DNA from: Myxococcota bacterium
GTDB taxonomy: Bacteria; Myxococcota_A; UBA796; CAJQPC01
Assembly: GCA_036229005.1 (NCBI GenBank)
Contig: JAZAMN010000064.1
Coordinates: 43,309-107,308 of the forward strand
Reading direction: 5' to 3'
DNA: 64,000 nucleotides
In this document: in pieces, positions 27,925 through 36,915 of the stretch
Position numbering within the stretch: position 1 is the first letter of the stretch
Layout of the letters: each line of letters opens with the position of its first letter
Notes under the pieces: generated by a model
Database searches by the model: none
Told to the model about the DNA's origin: nothing
The model's input: the letters and a program-made list of their open reading frames with translations, nothing else
Position numbers and translations under genes: made by a program

Positions 27925-28842
27925 TCAGTGCTGCTCGATGTCGACCAGGGTCCCGCCGAAGCGGAGCTGGCGGGTGGGCTTGCGGCGCTCCACCAGGTGC
28001 TGGGCGCCGTCGATTCCGCAGGAGGCGAGCTGCTGCCGAGCCCGGAAGATGTAGACGGACAGGGTGCCCTCGCTCACGCGCAGGGCCTTGGCGAGCTCGT
28101 CCACGTAGAGCCACCCCTGCTCGGTCTCATCGGGGTCCTTGTCCTCGGCGCGGGCGCGGGCCAGCTCCATGAGCATCCAGTGGTGGGCGCGGTTTCCCAG
28201 GTCCCAGGAGTCCCCGCCAAAGTCGACCGTGAGCTGCACGTTCTCCTGGTCGCGGGTGACGTCAAAGCGGAAGCGCACGCTGTCCAGGGTGGGGCCCTTG
28301 GCCTCCAGTGCCTCGGTGCCGACGTTGCCGCCGGGCAGGTGCAGGCGCCACTCGCGGCCGGCCGCGTGGACCACCTGCAGGTCCTCGACCAGCACCTCGG
28401 TCCCGTCCACGCCCTCGGCGACCCAGCGGTCCTGGGCGTCCTTGTAGATGTTGAGCTCGGGGCTCTCGGGGGGGGCGGGCAGCACCAACAGGCCCTCCAC
28501 CCCCGCGACGGACTCGGCGTCTGCACCCAGGGGCGCCGCGGTGGGCACGGGTGGCGCCGCGCTGTCCACGATCCAGCGGCAGCCGTCGCTCCCGAAGGTC
28601 AGCACGCTCCCGCTCTTGAGGGGGTGGGCCCCGGCGGGCAGCAGGGCGCCGTCCAGCAGCGTGCCGTTGCGGCTGCCCAGGTCCCGGATCACCCAGGTGT
28701 TCCCGGTCCAACGCAGCGTCGCGTGCTGTGAGGACACCGCCGGGCTGTCCAGGCGCAGATCGCAGCGCCGGGACCTGCCGATCAGGTGCTCCGCGTGGAG
28801 GGTGATCAGTCGTCCGCTGTCCGTTTCTCTGAGTACCGCCAT
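27925..28842 (-). CDS. FHA-domain protein with C-terminal winged-helix (OmpR-C-like) domain
   Basis: IGRS...VSSQHA...DLGSRNGT FHA motifs; C-terminal DELAKAL..SEGTLSVYIFRARQQL helix-turn-helix. Confidence 0.85.
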   Translation of the reverse strand: MAVLRETDSGRLITLHAEHLIGRSRRCDLRLDSPAVSSQHATLRWTGNTWVIRDLGSRNGTLLDGALLPAGAHPLKSGSVLTFGSDGCRWIVDSAAPPVPTAAPLGADAESVAGVEGLLVLPAPPESPELNIYKDAQDRWVAEGVDGTEVLVEDLQVVHAAGREWRLHLPGGNVGTEALEAKGPTLDSVRFRFDVTRDQENVQLTVDFGGDSWDLGNRAHHWMLMELARARAEDKDPDETEQGWLYVDELAKALRVSEGTLSVYIFRARQQLASCGIDGAQHLVERRKPTRQLRFGGTLVDIEQH

Positions 28843-28848
28843 GCTCGG

Positions 28849-28854
28849 AGCCTA
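28849..28854 (-). promoter_or_regulatory. -10 box TAGGCT of a probable leaderless transcript
   Basis: The minus strand reads TAGGCT-ccgagc-ATG(28842). Confidence 0.5.
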
Positions 28855-28891
28855 ACCCGTATTAGGATGCAGGGGGGGCGCTTGAGGCGCT

Positions 28892-31198
28892 GTGTCCGAC
28901 CCTTTCTCCACGCAATACCGCACTTTGGCCACCCAAGACGGGGTGGGCACCCTCACCGGCAGGGGAGCCAACCCCGCCCGGCCAGTGCTCCCGCAGCGCT
29001 TCCGCTTCATCCGATACCTGGGACATGGCGCCCAGGGCGAGGTCTACGAGGTCGAGGATCAACAGCTCCGCCGGCACCTGGCCCTCAAGACCTTGCGGCG
29101 GGAGCGCAGCGATCCCCAAGCGCAAGCCCGCTTCGCCCGCGAGCGCGACCTGGGTGCGGGGTTGTCCCACCCCAACATCGCCACCATCGTCGACGCGGGG
29201 CGGCTCCCAGACGGCAGGTCCTGGTTCACCATGCCGGTCATCACCGGGCAGACGCTCTCCGAGCGCCTGGATGGCATGGACTACGTGCACAGCGCGGGGG
29301 GGTGGGGCACCGGCGAGGACGGGGAGCGCCTGCGCGGGCTGCTCTGGTCCTTCAGCCGGGTGGCCGACGCCGTGGAGTACGCCCACGACAAGGGGGTGAT
29401 CCACCGGGACATCAAGCCCCACAACGTCCTGCTGGGCCACGCCGGCGAGGTCTACCTGGTCGACTGGGGCACCGCCTCCCGCCCCGGTCAGGTCGTCGAG
29501 CGCGCGGGCACGCCGGCCTACATGAGCGCCCAGCAGGGAGAGGGCGAGCCCCCCAGCGTCGGGCAGGACGTCTACAGCCTGGGCTGCACCCTGTTCCACA
29601 TCCTGGCGGGCCACGCCCCCCGTCCCTGGCAGGTGGACCAGCCGCACCCCACCGAGCAGCGCCTGGATGACGTCTGGGCCTTGGCCGACTCCCGCTACGG
29701 TGGCGTCCCCGAGCAGCTCATCCAGGCCTGCGCTGCCGCCCTCCAGCCCCATGAGCGCGACCGCCCGCGCGCGGAGTATCTGGGCCGTCAGGTGCGCCGC
29801 TGGCTGGAGGGCATGCCCGCCCGGAGCGAGGCCGAAGGCCGCTTCAACGAGGCCCGGGACCGCCTCCCCCTGCTCCTGGTCGAGCGCGAGCAGCAGCGGC
29901 AGGAGGAGGAGAGGCTGCGCCAGGTGATCTGGGAGGGGGGCGCCTGCACCGAGCTCCCCGATCGGCTCCAGCGCCTCTCTGAGCTGCAGGCCACCGGCGA
30001 GGACCTCGATCTGCGGATCAGCGAGAGCGCCACCCTGCTGCGCGCCAGCATGCGTCGCTACGAGATCCAGGGCGTCCACGCCCTGCTGGCCGGCCACTAC
30101 CGGGATCGCGCCCGCGAGGCCGAGCTGCGGGGTGACCGGACCGAGCTCCTGCGCCGCCTGGGTGAGCTCGCCGAGCACGATCCCCAGGGCAGCTTCGCGC
30201 CGGTGCTCCAGGGCCAGGCCCGCTACACCCTGGAGTGCGAGCACCCCGCCGTCCTGGAGCTCTACCGCAGCGAGCCCCGGGCCACCGTCCTGGAGTGGGT
30301 GCCCGACCGCGCGATCCGCCCCCCCTTCCGCAGCGAGCCGGTCCCCGCCCGCGAATACCTGCTGCGCCTCCACGCCCCCGACTGCACACCGCTGGATCTG
30401 CCCGTCTGCTTCCGCCGCGGCGAGCACTGGCGCCACGTTGACCCCGGAGCGGTCGAACGGCCCCTGCGGCTGCTGCGCGCGGACGCCCTGGCCCCCGACG
30501 AGCGCCTGGTCCCCGCGGGATTTGCTGTCCTGGGCGGAGACCCCGCCGCCCCCGGCGCCTTCCACCGACCCGCGCGCGCCTGGGTGCCCGACTTCATCGC
30601 CAAGGCCCGTCCCCTCAGCAATGGCGAATACCGGGCCTGGCTGCTCCAGCAGCCGGAGCTCGAGAGCGGGTGGCCGGCGAGCTGGGATCTGCGCCCCGGT
30701 GACCTCGCCGGCATGCCCGAGTCCTGGGCCCAGTGCCCGGTGGGCGGGATCCCGAGCGGTGCACGCGCGCGCTTGCTGGCGGACCTGACCCCTTGGCGCC
30801 TCCCCCACGAGTGGGAGTGGGAGAAGATGGCCCGGGGACCGGCCGGACGGAGCTGGCCCGGGGGCTGGGAGGGCACCGCGCTGGCCTACTGTGGTCGGGA
30901 GCCCGGCGCGCACCCCATCGACCGCTCGGTCTACGGCATCGAGGGGCTCGCCCTGGGCTTGATGTCCCTGTGCAGCAACACCTGGTGCCTGCAGCCGCCT
31001 GGAGAGCGCGTGGACCCCAGCTCCCAGGGGAGGGGAGGGGCCCGGGTGGCTCGAGGTGGTTGGCCCACCGCCAGCATCGAGCAGCGCCGCGCAGCCGCCA
31101 GGCACCGGCTGGGCCCAGGCGAGGACACGCTGGCGCACGTTGGGATCCACCTGGTCCGGGACGTGGACCCCGGACTCTGGGCGCCCGCTACCCGCTGA
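28892..31198 (+). CDS. Ser/Thr protein kinase with C-terminal FGE-sulfatase (SUMF1-like) domain
   Basis: LGHGAQGEVY, ALK, HRDIKPHN, DWG, GTPAYM, DVYSLG; C-terminal RLPHEWEWEKMARG. Confidence 0.9.
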   Translation: MSDPFSTQYRTLATQDGVGTLTGRGANPARPVLPQRFRFIRYLGHGAQGEVYEVEDQQLRRHLALKTLRRERSDPQAQARFARERDLGAGLSHPNIATIVDAGRLPDGRSWFTMPVITGQTLSERLDGMDYVHSAGGWGTGEDGERLRGLLWSFSRVADAVEYAHDKGVIHRDIKPHNVLLGHAGEVYLVDWGTASRPGQVVERAGTPAYMSAQQGEGEPPSVGQDVYSLGCTLFHILAGHAPRPWQVDQPHPTEQRLDDVWALADSRYGGVPEQLIQACAAALQPHERDRPRAEYLGRQVRRWLEGMPARSEAEGRFNEARDRLPLLLVEREQQRQEEERLRQVIWEGGACTELPDRLQRLSELQATGEDLDLRISESATLLRASMRRYEIQGVHALLAGHYRDRAREAELRGDRTELLRRLGELAEHDPQGSFAPVLQGQARYTLECEHPAVLELYRSEPRATVLEWVPDRAIRPPFRSEPVPAREYLLRLHAPDCTPLDLPVCFRRGEHWRHVDPGAVERPLRLLRADALAPDERLVPAGFAVLGGDPAAPGAFHRPARAWVPDFIAKARPLSNGEYRAWLLQQPELESGWPASWDLRPGDLAGMPESWAQCPVGGIPSGARARLLADLTPWRLPHEWEWEKMARGPAGRSWPGGWEGTALAYCGREPGAHPIDRSVYGIEGLALGLMSLCSNTWCLQPPGERVDPSSQGRGGARVARGGWPTASIEQRRAAARHRLGPGEDTLAHVGIHLVRDVDPGLWAPATR

Positions 31199-31201
31199 GG
31201 C

Positions 31202-32101
31202 TCAGAAGGTGCCGGAGTAGCCCATCACGGGGCGGCCCTCGTCGTCCACGAACACCAGCACGCCGGTCCCGGCGGCCAGGCACACGCCGCCGATGGCGAA
31301 CAGGGCCATGCTCTGGGCGCGCGCGGGGGCGATCTGGTCGTTCCACATGGTGTCGGCGCGGCTGGCGTCTTCCGGGCTGCGGATGGTGCCGTCGCCGTTG
31401 GTGTCCAGGCCCGCGTACTCCTGGTAGACGGGCAGGGTGCCCATGCGGATCACGGTGCCGGTGGCCAGCGCGCCTACACCCACGGCCGCGATCCCGGCGC
31501 CCGCGATCTTGGCGCCGCGGCCGGGGGTGGGCTCACGCGGGGTGTCCTGCGCGGGGGGCGCGACCTCCGGAGGCTTGGTCGCCACGGGCTGCTCGACGGG
31601 GGTGGTCTCCACGGGCTCCGGGTCTTCGGCGACGACTGCGGTGGCGGCCTCGGGCTCGAGCTGCAGGTTCAGGCGGTAGGCGCCGCCCATCTCGACCACC
31701 AGGGACTGCTCGAGGGTGGCCATCCCGGGGGCGCTCGCCACGATGCTGTGGGCGCCGCAGGCCAGGGGCAGCATGGCGGGGGCGGGGACCACGGTGTCGT
31801 CCACCTTGAGGGTGGCCTCGGGGTCGCTCACGCGGATCTCGGCGAAGCCGCCCACGGGCTGCAGCTCCAGCTCCAGGGGCAGGGTCTGGCCCGGGGAGAG
31901 CTCCACCTGCTGGCTGGCGGTCAGGCAGTCGCCGTTGACCTGGATGGTGTGCTTGCCGGGCGCCAGAGTCAGCGTGCTGGGGGCGGTCTTGCCGCTGTCC
32001 TGGCCGTCGACCAGGATCTTGCCGCCGCTGGTGTTGGCGCTGACCTGCACGGTCGCGTCCTGGGCGTAGGCGAGGCTGAGGGACAACAAGAGGTGCATCA
32101 T
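31202..32101 (-). CDS. Exported PEGA-domain protein
   Basis: Signal peptide; two PEGA-like repeats (GKILVDGQDSGKTAP...LAPGKHTI); Pro-rich linker; two C-terminal hydrophobic helices. Confidence 0.8.
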   Translation of the reverse strand: MMHLLLSLSLAYAQDATVQVSANTSGGKILVDGQDSGKTAPSTLTLAPGKHTIQVNGDCLTASQQVELSPGQTLPLELELQPVGGFAEIRVSDPEATLKVDDTVVPAPAMLPLACGAHSIVASAPGMATLEQSLVVEMGGAYRLNLQLEPEAATAVVAEDPEPVETTPVEQPVATKPPEVAPPAQDTPREPTPGRGAKIAGAGIAAVGVGALATGTVIRMGTLPVYQEYAGLDTNGDGTIRSPEDASRADTMWNDQIAPARAQSMALFAIGGVCLAAGTGVLVFVDDEGRPVMGYSGTF

Positions 32102-32189
32102 GGCCGCAGTCTCACCCCCGGGAAGGGATTGTGCAAGGTTGATTGCCCCCGTGTGATAGAGCGCTCAGGTCCCCGGCCCTGGAGAGAGC

Positions 32190-32588
32190 ATGACCCCCTT
32201 CAACATCCGCAAGCGCCTCAAGCGCCTGCTGGGCCTCGAGCCCGCCGAGCGCACCCCCGAGCCCACCCCGCCCCCGCGCGAGAAGGTCACCCTGGTGCTG
32301 GTCGACGCCGACGGCAACGAGCAGACCTACCAGGGCCACGAGGGCGACACCCCGCTGTTCATCAGCGGCAACATGGCCAAGCCCATCGGCTCGGGCTGCA
32401 ACGACAGCTCCTGCGCCACCTGCCGGGTCGAGGTCCTGGAGGGCGCCGAGAACCTCAGCCCCCAGGCCGAGCGCGAGCGCCAGACCCTCCAGGAGAACGG
32501 ACACTCCCCCGACCTGCGCCTGGCCTGCCGCACCGAGATCCTGCGCGGCACCGTCAAGGTCCGCGCCTACGAGTTCCTGGAGCTCTGA
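32190..32588 (+). CDS. 2Fe-2S ferredoxin
   Basis: C-x4-C-x2-C (CNDSSCATC) plus RLAC; GGAGAG RBS. Confidence 0.85.
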   Translation: MTPFNIRKRLKRLLGLEPAERTPEPTPPPREKVTLVLVDADGNEQTYQGHEGDTPLFISGNMAKPIGSGCNDSSCATCRVEVLEGAENLSPQAERERQTLQENGHSPDLRLACRTEILRGTVKVRAYEFLEL

Positions 32589-34007
32589 GTGGCCCCGCCC
32601 GCCGGCCTGATCCAGGACCCCGAGATCCTGGAGGGGTACCTCACGGACGCCTCCAACATCCCCGGCCAGGCCAGCGGGCTGCTCCGCCCTGACAGCGCCG
32701 AGCAGGTCGCGGAGATCTTCCGGGCTGCCCAGGCCCAGGGTCAGCCCCTCACCGTCACCGCCCAGCGCACCAGCACCACCGGCGGGCCCGTGCCCCACGG
32801 CGGGTGGCTGCTCTCCACCGAGCGCCTGCGCGGCCTCCGCTGGCTGGACGATCAGCGCATCCGCGTCGGCGCCGCCGAGCTGCTGGCCGAGGTCGAGGCG
32901 CTCGCCCAGGAGAAGGGCCGCTTCTACCCCCCCGATCCGACCTCTTGGCGGGAGTGCTCGGTGGGGGGGACCCTGGCCTGCAACGCCTCCGGGGCCCGCT
33001 CCTACCGCTACGGCGCCACCCGCCCTTGGGTCGAGTCCGCGCAGGTCGTGCTGCCCACCGGCGAGATCGTCGAGGCCGACCGCAGCACCCCCATCCCGGC
33101 CCACTGGCCCGTGCCCGAGTGGACCCCGCCGCAGGTCAAGACCGCCGCCGGCTACCACCCCGCGGACAACCTGTTGGACCTGATCATCGGCAGCGAGGGA
33201 ACGCTGGGCCTGGTCACCGCGGCCACCCTGCGCACCCTGCCGCTGCCGGAGCGGGTGTTCTCCATCCTGGCCTTCTTCCCCAGCATCCAGGCCGGCCTGG
33301 ACTTCGTGGAGGCCGCTCGCCAGGCGCAGGCCGGCCCCCGGCTGCTCGAGTGGTACGACGCCGGCTGCCTTGAGCTCGTGCGCGCGCGCGTCCCCGAGGT
33401 GCCCTCGACTGCGGTCGCTGCCGTCTGGATCGAGGTGGAGACCGATGCTCAGGCGGAGGACCAGGCGCTGATGAACTGGGCCGATCTCCTCTCCCAGACC
33501 GGCGCGCTGGAGGAGCACACCCTCTTCGCCGCCGACGAGAGCGGCATGGAGCGCCTGGGGCGGATCCGGCACGCGATCCCGGCCGGCGTGAACGAGCAGG
33601 TGGTGGCCAACGGCATGCCCAAGGTCGGGACCGACTTCGCCGTCCCGGACGCTGGCCTGGCGCGGATGATGGCCGCCTACGGCGCGGTCGAGCTGGAGAG
33701 CGTTCTCTTCGGCCACATCGGCGACAACCACCTGCACCTGAACCTGCTGCCCAAGACCCCCCAGGAGCTGGAGCAGGCCTGGGCGATCTGGGGCCGGCTC
33801 TATGACCTGGCGCTGTCCCTGGGCGGCACCCTGTCGGCCGAGCACGGCGTGGGCAAGCTCAAGCAGCCCTACCTGCGGCGCATGGTCGGGGATCCCGGAA
33901 TCGCGGCGTTCCAGGCCCTCAAGCGTGCGGCCGATCCCGCCTGGATCCTGGGGCGCGGCAGCCTGCTCGCGGACCCCGTGGCGGCGAGTTCTGCCCGATC
34001 GGTGTAA
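32589..34007 (+). CDS. FAD-binding oxidoreductase (GlcD/D-2-hydroxyacid dehydrogenase-like)
   Basis: YPPDPTS...SVGGTLACNASG...YG; GSEGTLG; FGHIGDNHLH; SAEHGVG. Confidence 0.9.
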   Translation: MAPPAGLIQDPEILEGYLTDASNIPGQASGLLRPDSAEQVAEIFRAAQAQGQPLTVTAQRTSTTGGPVPHGGWLLSTERLRGLRWLDDQRIRVGAAELLAEVEALAQEKGRFYPPDPTSWRECSVGGTLACNASGARSYRYGATRPWVESAQVVLPTGEIVEADRSTPIPAHWPVPEWTPPQVKTAAGYHPADNLLDLIIGSEGTLGLVTAATLRTLPLPERVFSILAFFPSIQAGLDFVEAARQAQAGPRLLEWYDAGCLELVRARVPEVPSTAVAAVWIEVETDAQAEDQALMNWADLLSQTGALEEHTLFAADESGMERLGRIRHAIPAGVNEQVVANGMPKVGTDFAVPDAGLARMMAAYGAVELESVLFGHIGDNHLHLNLLPKTPQELEQAWAIWGRLYDLALSLGGTLSAEHGVGKLKQPYLRRMVGDPGIAAFQALKRAADPAWILGRGSLLADPVAASSARSV

Positions 34008-34012
34008 GTAGG

Positions 34013-34657
34013 GTGCAGTCCCCTCCGTTGTCATCACGGAGGAAAGGCAGGTGCCCCGTCTCAACAACAGCGCAGCTCTCCCGGGAGACCGGACTCGCTC
34101 CCCTGGAGCGGGAGCGGGAAGTTGTGCAGTTGCTCAAGGCGGGGGACCGCGGCGCGCTGGCCCAGCTCTACAACTGGTACGGCGACCGCCTCTTCCGGCA
34201 GATCATCCTGCCGCGCTTGCCCATCACCGACCTGGCCGAGGACGTCCTCCGGGACACCTTCCGCATCTGCATCGAGCGGATCGGCCAGTACACGGTGGTG
34301 GACCGCAGCATCTTCTTCTGGCTCCGGCGCATCGCCATCAACCGAGCCATCGATGTGCACCGCGCCCACCAGCGCCGCGAGCGCCTGCAGGACGCCGTGG
34401 AGCAGGAGCCGGACCGCACGATCGGAGCCCCACCACCCGCCCCAGACCGGGGCCAGGAGGTCGACGAGACCAGACAGTTGGTCGAAGAAGCCCTGGAGCT
34501 GATCAACCCTCGCTACGCCATGGCCCTGAGGCTGCGCCTCATCGAGGACCTGGACCGCGAAGAGTGCGCCGAGCGCATGGGTGTGACCGTGGGCAACTTT
34601 GACGTCATCCTCCACCGGGCCAGCAAGGCCTTTCGCACAAAGTACCCCCCAAGATGA
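34013..34657 (+). CDS. ECF-type RNA polymerase sigma-70 factor (start uncertain)
   Basis: Region 2 LAEDVLRDTF...WLRRIAINRAID; region 4 ECAERMGVTVG...LHRA. Confidence 0.85.
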   Translation: MQSPPLSSRRKGRCPVSTTAQLSRETGLAPLEREREVVQLLKAGDRGALAQLYNWYGDRLFRQIILPRLPITDLAEDVLRDTFRICIERIGQYTVVDRSIFFWLRRIAINRAIDVHRAHQRRERLQDAVEQEPDRTIGAPPPAPDRGQEVDETRQLVEEALELINPRYAMALRLRLIEDLDREECAERMGVTVGNFDVILHRASKAFRTKYPPR

Positions 34658-36036
34658 CCGAAGAACGTCAGGCATCGCTGTTGGCCGAGTGGCTGGAGCG
34701 CCCCGGCACGCCGCCGCCCGAGGGGCTGGATCCCGACGTGATCCAGTCCACGCTGGCGCTGCGTCCGGAGATGGCGCCCGCGCCCTCGGTCTCGCTGGAT
34801 GACATCCTCGCCGGGGTGAGCGAAGGTCCCTTCGCCGGGGGGGCCCAGTCCCGGAGCGCCGAGCTCCCGCTGGATGCAGGTGGAGAGGGAGCGATGGGCA
34901 GGAGCGCGGAGCTCCCGCTGGACACCGCCGCAGATCTGGAGCCCGCCAACACCCCGGAGATCCAGGGCACCAGCGAGGACACCAGCAACGTGATCGACCT
35001 GGCCTCCAGGCGTCGCCGGCGCATCTGGGGTGGCCTGGGGCTGCTCGCGGCCGCTGCCCTGGTGCTGGTCACCGTGGGGCCGAGCCTGGACACCTTCAAC
35101 GCGCCCCCGGCCGAAGAGGCCGGCGTGCAGGCGCTCCCCGGGGCCGCCGACCAGATGGTCACCGAGCGGGGCCTGAGCGAGGACAACCCCCGCGGCGCGG
35201 GCGGGGCCATGGACGACAAGCTGCGGGCCCCCGAGCCCGCCAAGCGCAGCGCTGCGCCTGAGCCCGAGCCCGCCGCACCGAGCGACGCCGAGGCCCTCCC
35301 CAAGCAGGAGCTCGCGCCGGTCAAGCCCGCCGCCGCCTCCCTGCAGAAGAGCCAGGAAGAGGCCAGCTACGGCCCGCCGCCCACCACCGCCACCAGCAAC
35401 GATGTGCTGAGGAGTGCCCCCGCCAGCTCCGCCTCCAGCTCCTGGGGCGGCAGCTACGACACGCTGGACATCGGCAGCCGCAAGGAGGCCACCGCCCAGG
35501 AGGACGCCGACAGCGAGCGCCGCTTCAAGCTGCGCAGCGCCAAGTCCGACGAGGCCGATGCGCCCGCCGTGGCCGACGACTTCGCCTACGAGGTCGAGCA
35601 GGCCCAGGCCGAGCCCGAGGGCCTTCCCAGTGATCTGGACGGCCTGCGCAGCGCCGCGGTCCCCCAGGACTACCGCGGGGGCTGGTACCTCACCGGCCTG
35701 GACGGAGAGGCCTATGATCGCTTCGAGGCCGCGCTGAACCAGGCGCAGGGCCAGTCGGCGTCCGCGCAGGCGGGCATCTACGCTGGGCTCATCGGCGACG
35801 CGGACGCCCGTGTGGGGCAGGACATGGCCTTCCGGGCGGCCAAGGCGGCCTCTCAGGCCGGCGATGACGCCGCAGCTCTGCGCTACCTGCGGCAGGGTCA
35901 GGCACGCAGCTCCCTGAACACGCCGCAGCGGGCGAACCTCTACTTCCTGGAGGGTCAGATCCGGGAGCGGCAGGGTGACCTCGCTGGCGCCCAGGAGGCC
36001 TACCGGGTGGCGGCCAACATGAACCAGGCGCGGTGA
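34654..36036 (+). CDS. Putative membrane anti-sigma factor with C-terminal TPR-like helices
   Basis: ATGA overlap with the sigma gene; NVIDL..RRRR followed by one TM; low-complexity linker; TPR-like GQIRERQGDLAGAQEAYR. Confidence 0.65.
   Translation: MTEERQASLLAEWLERPGTPPPEGLDPDVIQSTLALRPEMAPAPSVSLDDILAGVSEGPFAGGAQSRSAELPLDAGGEGAMGRSAELPLDTAADLEPANTPEIQGTSEDTSNVIDLASRRRRRIWGGLGLLAAAALVLVTVGPSLDTFNAPPAEEAGVQALPGAADQMVTERGLSEDNPRGAGGAMDDKLRAPEPAKRSAAPEPEPAAPSDAEALPKQELAPVKPAAASLQKSQEEASYGPPPTTATSNDVLRSAPASSASSSWGGSYDTLDIGSRKEATAQEDADSERRFKLRSAKSDEADAPAVADDFAYEVEQAQAEPEGLPSDLDGLRSAAVPQDYRGGWYLTGLDGEAYDRFEAALNQAQGQSASAQAGIYAGLIGDADARVGQDMAFRAAKAASQAGDDAAALRYLRQGQARSSLNTPQRANLYFLEGQIRERQGDLAGAQEAYRVAANMNQAR
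34853..34922 (+). repeat. 22-nt in-frame direct repeat (RSAELPLD twice)
   Basis: ggagcgc(c/g)gagctcccgctgga at 34853 and 34901, one mismatch, 48-nt period. Confidence 0.8.
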
Positions 36037-36057
36037 CCCCCGAGCTTGGACAAGGGC

Positions 36058-36063
36058 TATAGT
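36058..36063 (+). promoter_or_regulatory. -10 box TATAGT of a probable leaderless transcript
   Basis: TATAGT-cccgcc-ATG(36070). Confidence 0.55.
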
Positions 36064-36069
36064 CCCGCC

Positions 36070-36915
36070 ATGCCAATGCCCCCCCTGCTGGCCCGCGCCC
36101 TGATGGCCGCGACGCTGAACGACGAAGATCAGGAGATGCTGCTCCGCGTCCGCATGAACGACGCGGGGCACGGCTACGACGCCTTCGGCATGCACAAGGA
36201 CTTCGTGGGCCTGGGCATGGCGATGGCCAAGCCGCTCTACGCCAAGTACTTCCGGGTCAAGAGCTTCGGCGCGGAGAAGATCCCAGACACCGGGCCGGCC
36301 ATCCTGGCGGCCAACCACTCCGGCACCATCCCCGTGGACGGGATGATGCTGTGGGCGGACGTGATCAAGCACACCGGGCGGATCCCGCGGGCGATCGCGG
36401 ACCACTTCGTGCCCACGCTGCCGATCGTGGGGACCTTCTTCTCCCGCGGCGGCATGGTGGGCGGCTCCCGGGGGAACGCGCGCTCGCTGCTGAACGCCGG
36501 GGAGATCCTGATGATCTTCCCGGAGGGCACCGCGGGCGTCGGCAAGCACTTCTCCCAGCGCTACCAGCTTCAGCCCTGGCGAGTGGGGCACGCGGAGCTC
36601 GCCATCCGCCACCGCGCGCCGGTGGTCCCCGTGGCCTTCATCGGCCCGGAGGAGCAGATGCCGCAGGTGCTGGCCATCAAGTCCCTGGGCAAGCTCTTTG
36701 GGCTGCCCTACCTGCCGGTCCCGGCGACCCCGGTGCCGCTCCCCGTGCGCTACCGCATCCACTACGGAGACCCCGTGGACCTGCCCAGCCTCTACAAGGC
36801 CACGGACGCCGACGACCCCGAGGCCGTCAAGGAGGCGGCCGCCAAGGTCGAGGTCAAGGTCAAGGAGCTCATCGCCCACGGCCTCCGTGAGCGCGGCGGG
36901 AGGCTGTTCACCTGA
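36070..36915 (+). CDS. Lysophospholipid acyltransferase family protein (PlsC-like)
   Basis: NHSGTIPVD and FPEGT motifs; APVVPVAFIG. Confidence 0.9.
   Translation: MPMPPLLARALMAATLNDEDQEMLLRVRMNDAGHGYDAFGMHKDFVGLGMAMAKPLYAKYFRVKSFGAEKIPDTGPAILAANHSGTIPVDGMMLWADVIKHTGRIPRAIADHFVPTLPIVGTFFSRGGMVGGSRGNARSLLNAGEILMIFPEGTAGVGKHFSQRYQLQPWRVGHAELAIRHRAPVVPVAFIGPEEQMPQVLAIKSLGKLFGLPYLPVPATPVPLPVRYRIHYGDPVDLPSLYKATDADDPEAVKEAAAKVEVKVKELIAHGLRERGGRLFT

Noticed and set aside
34051..34602. 183-aa ORF with a strong-looking RBS inside the ECF sigma gene
   Set aside because: The product is Pro/Arg-rich off-frame sequence and the sigma motifs are in the other frame. The sigma start itself remains uncertain.
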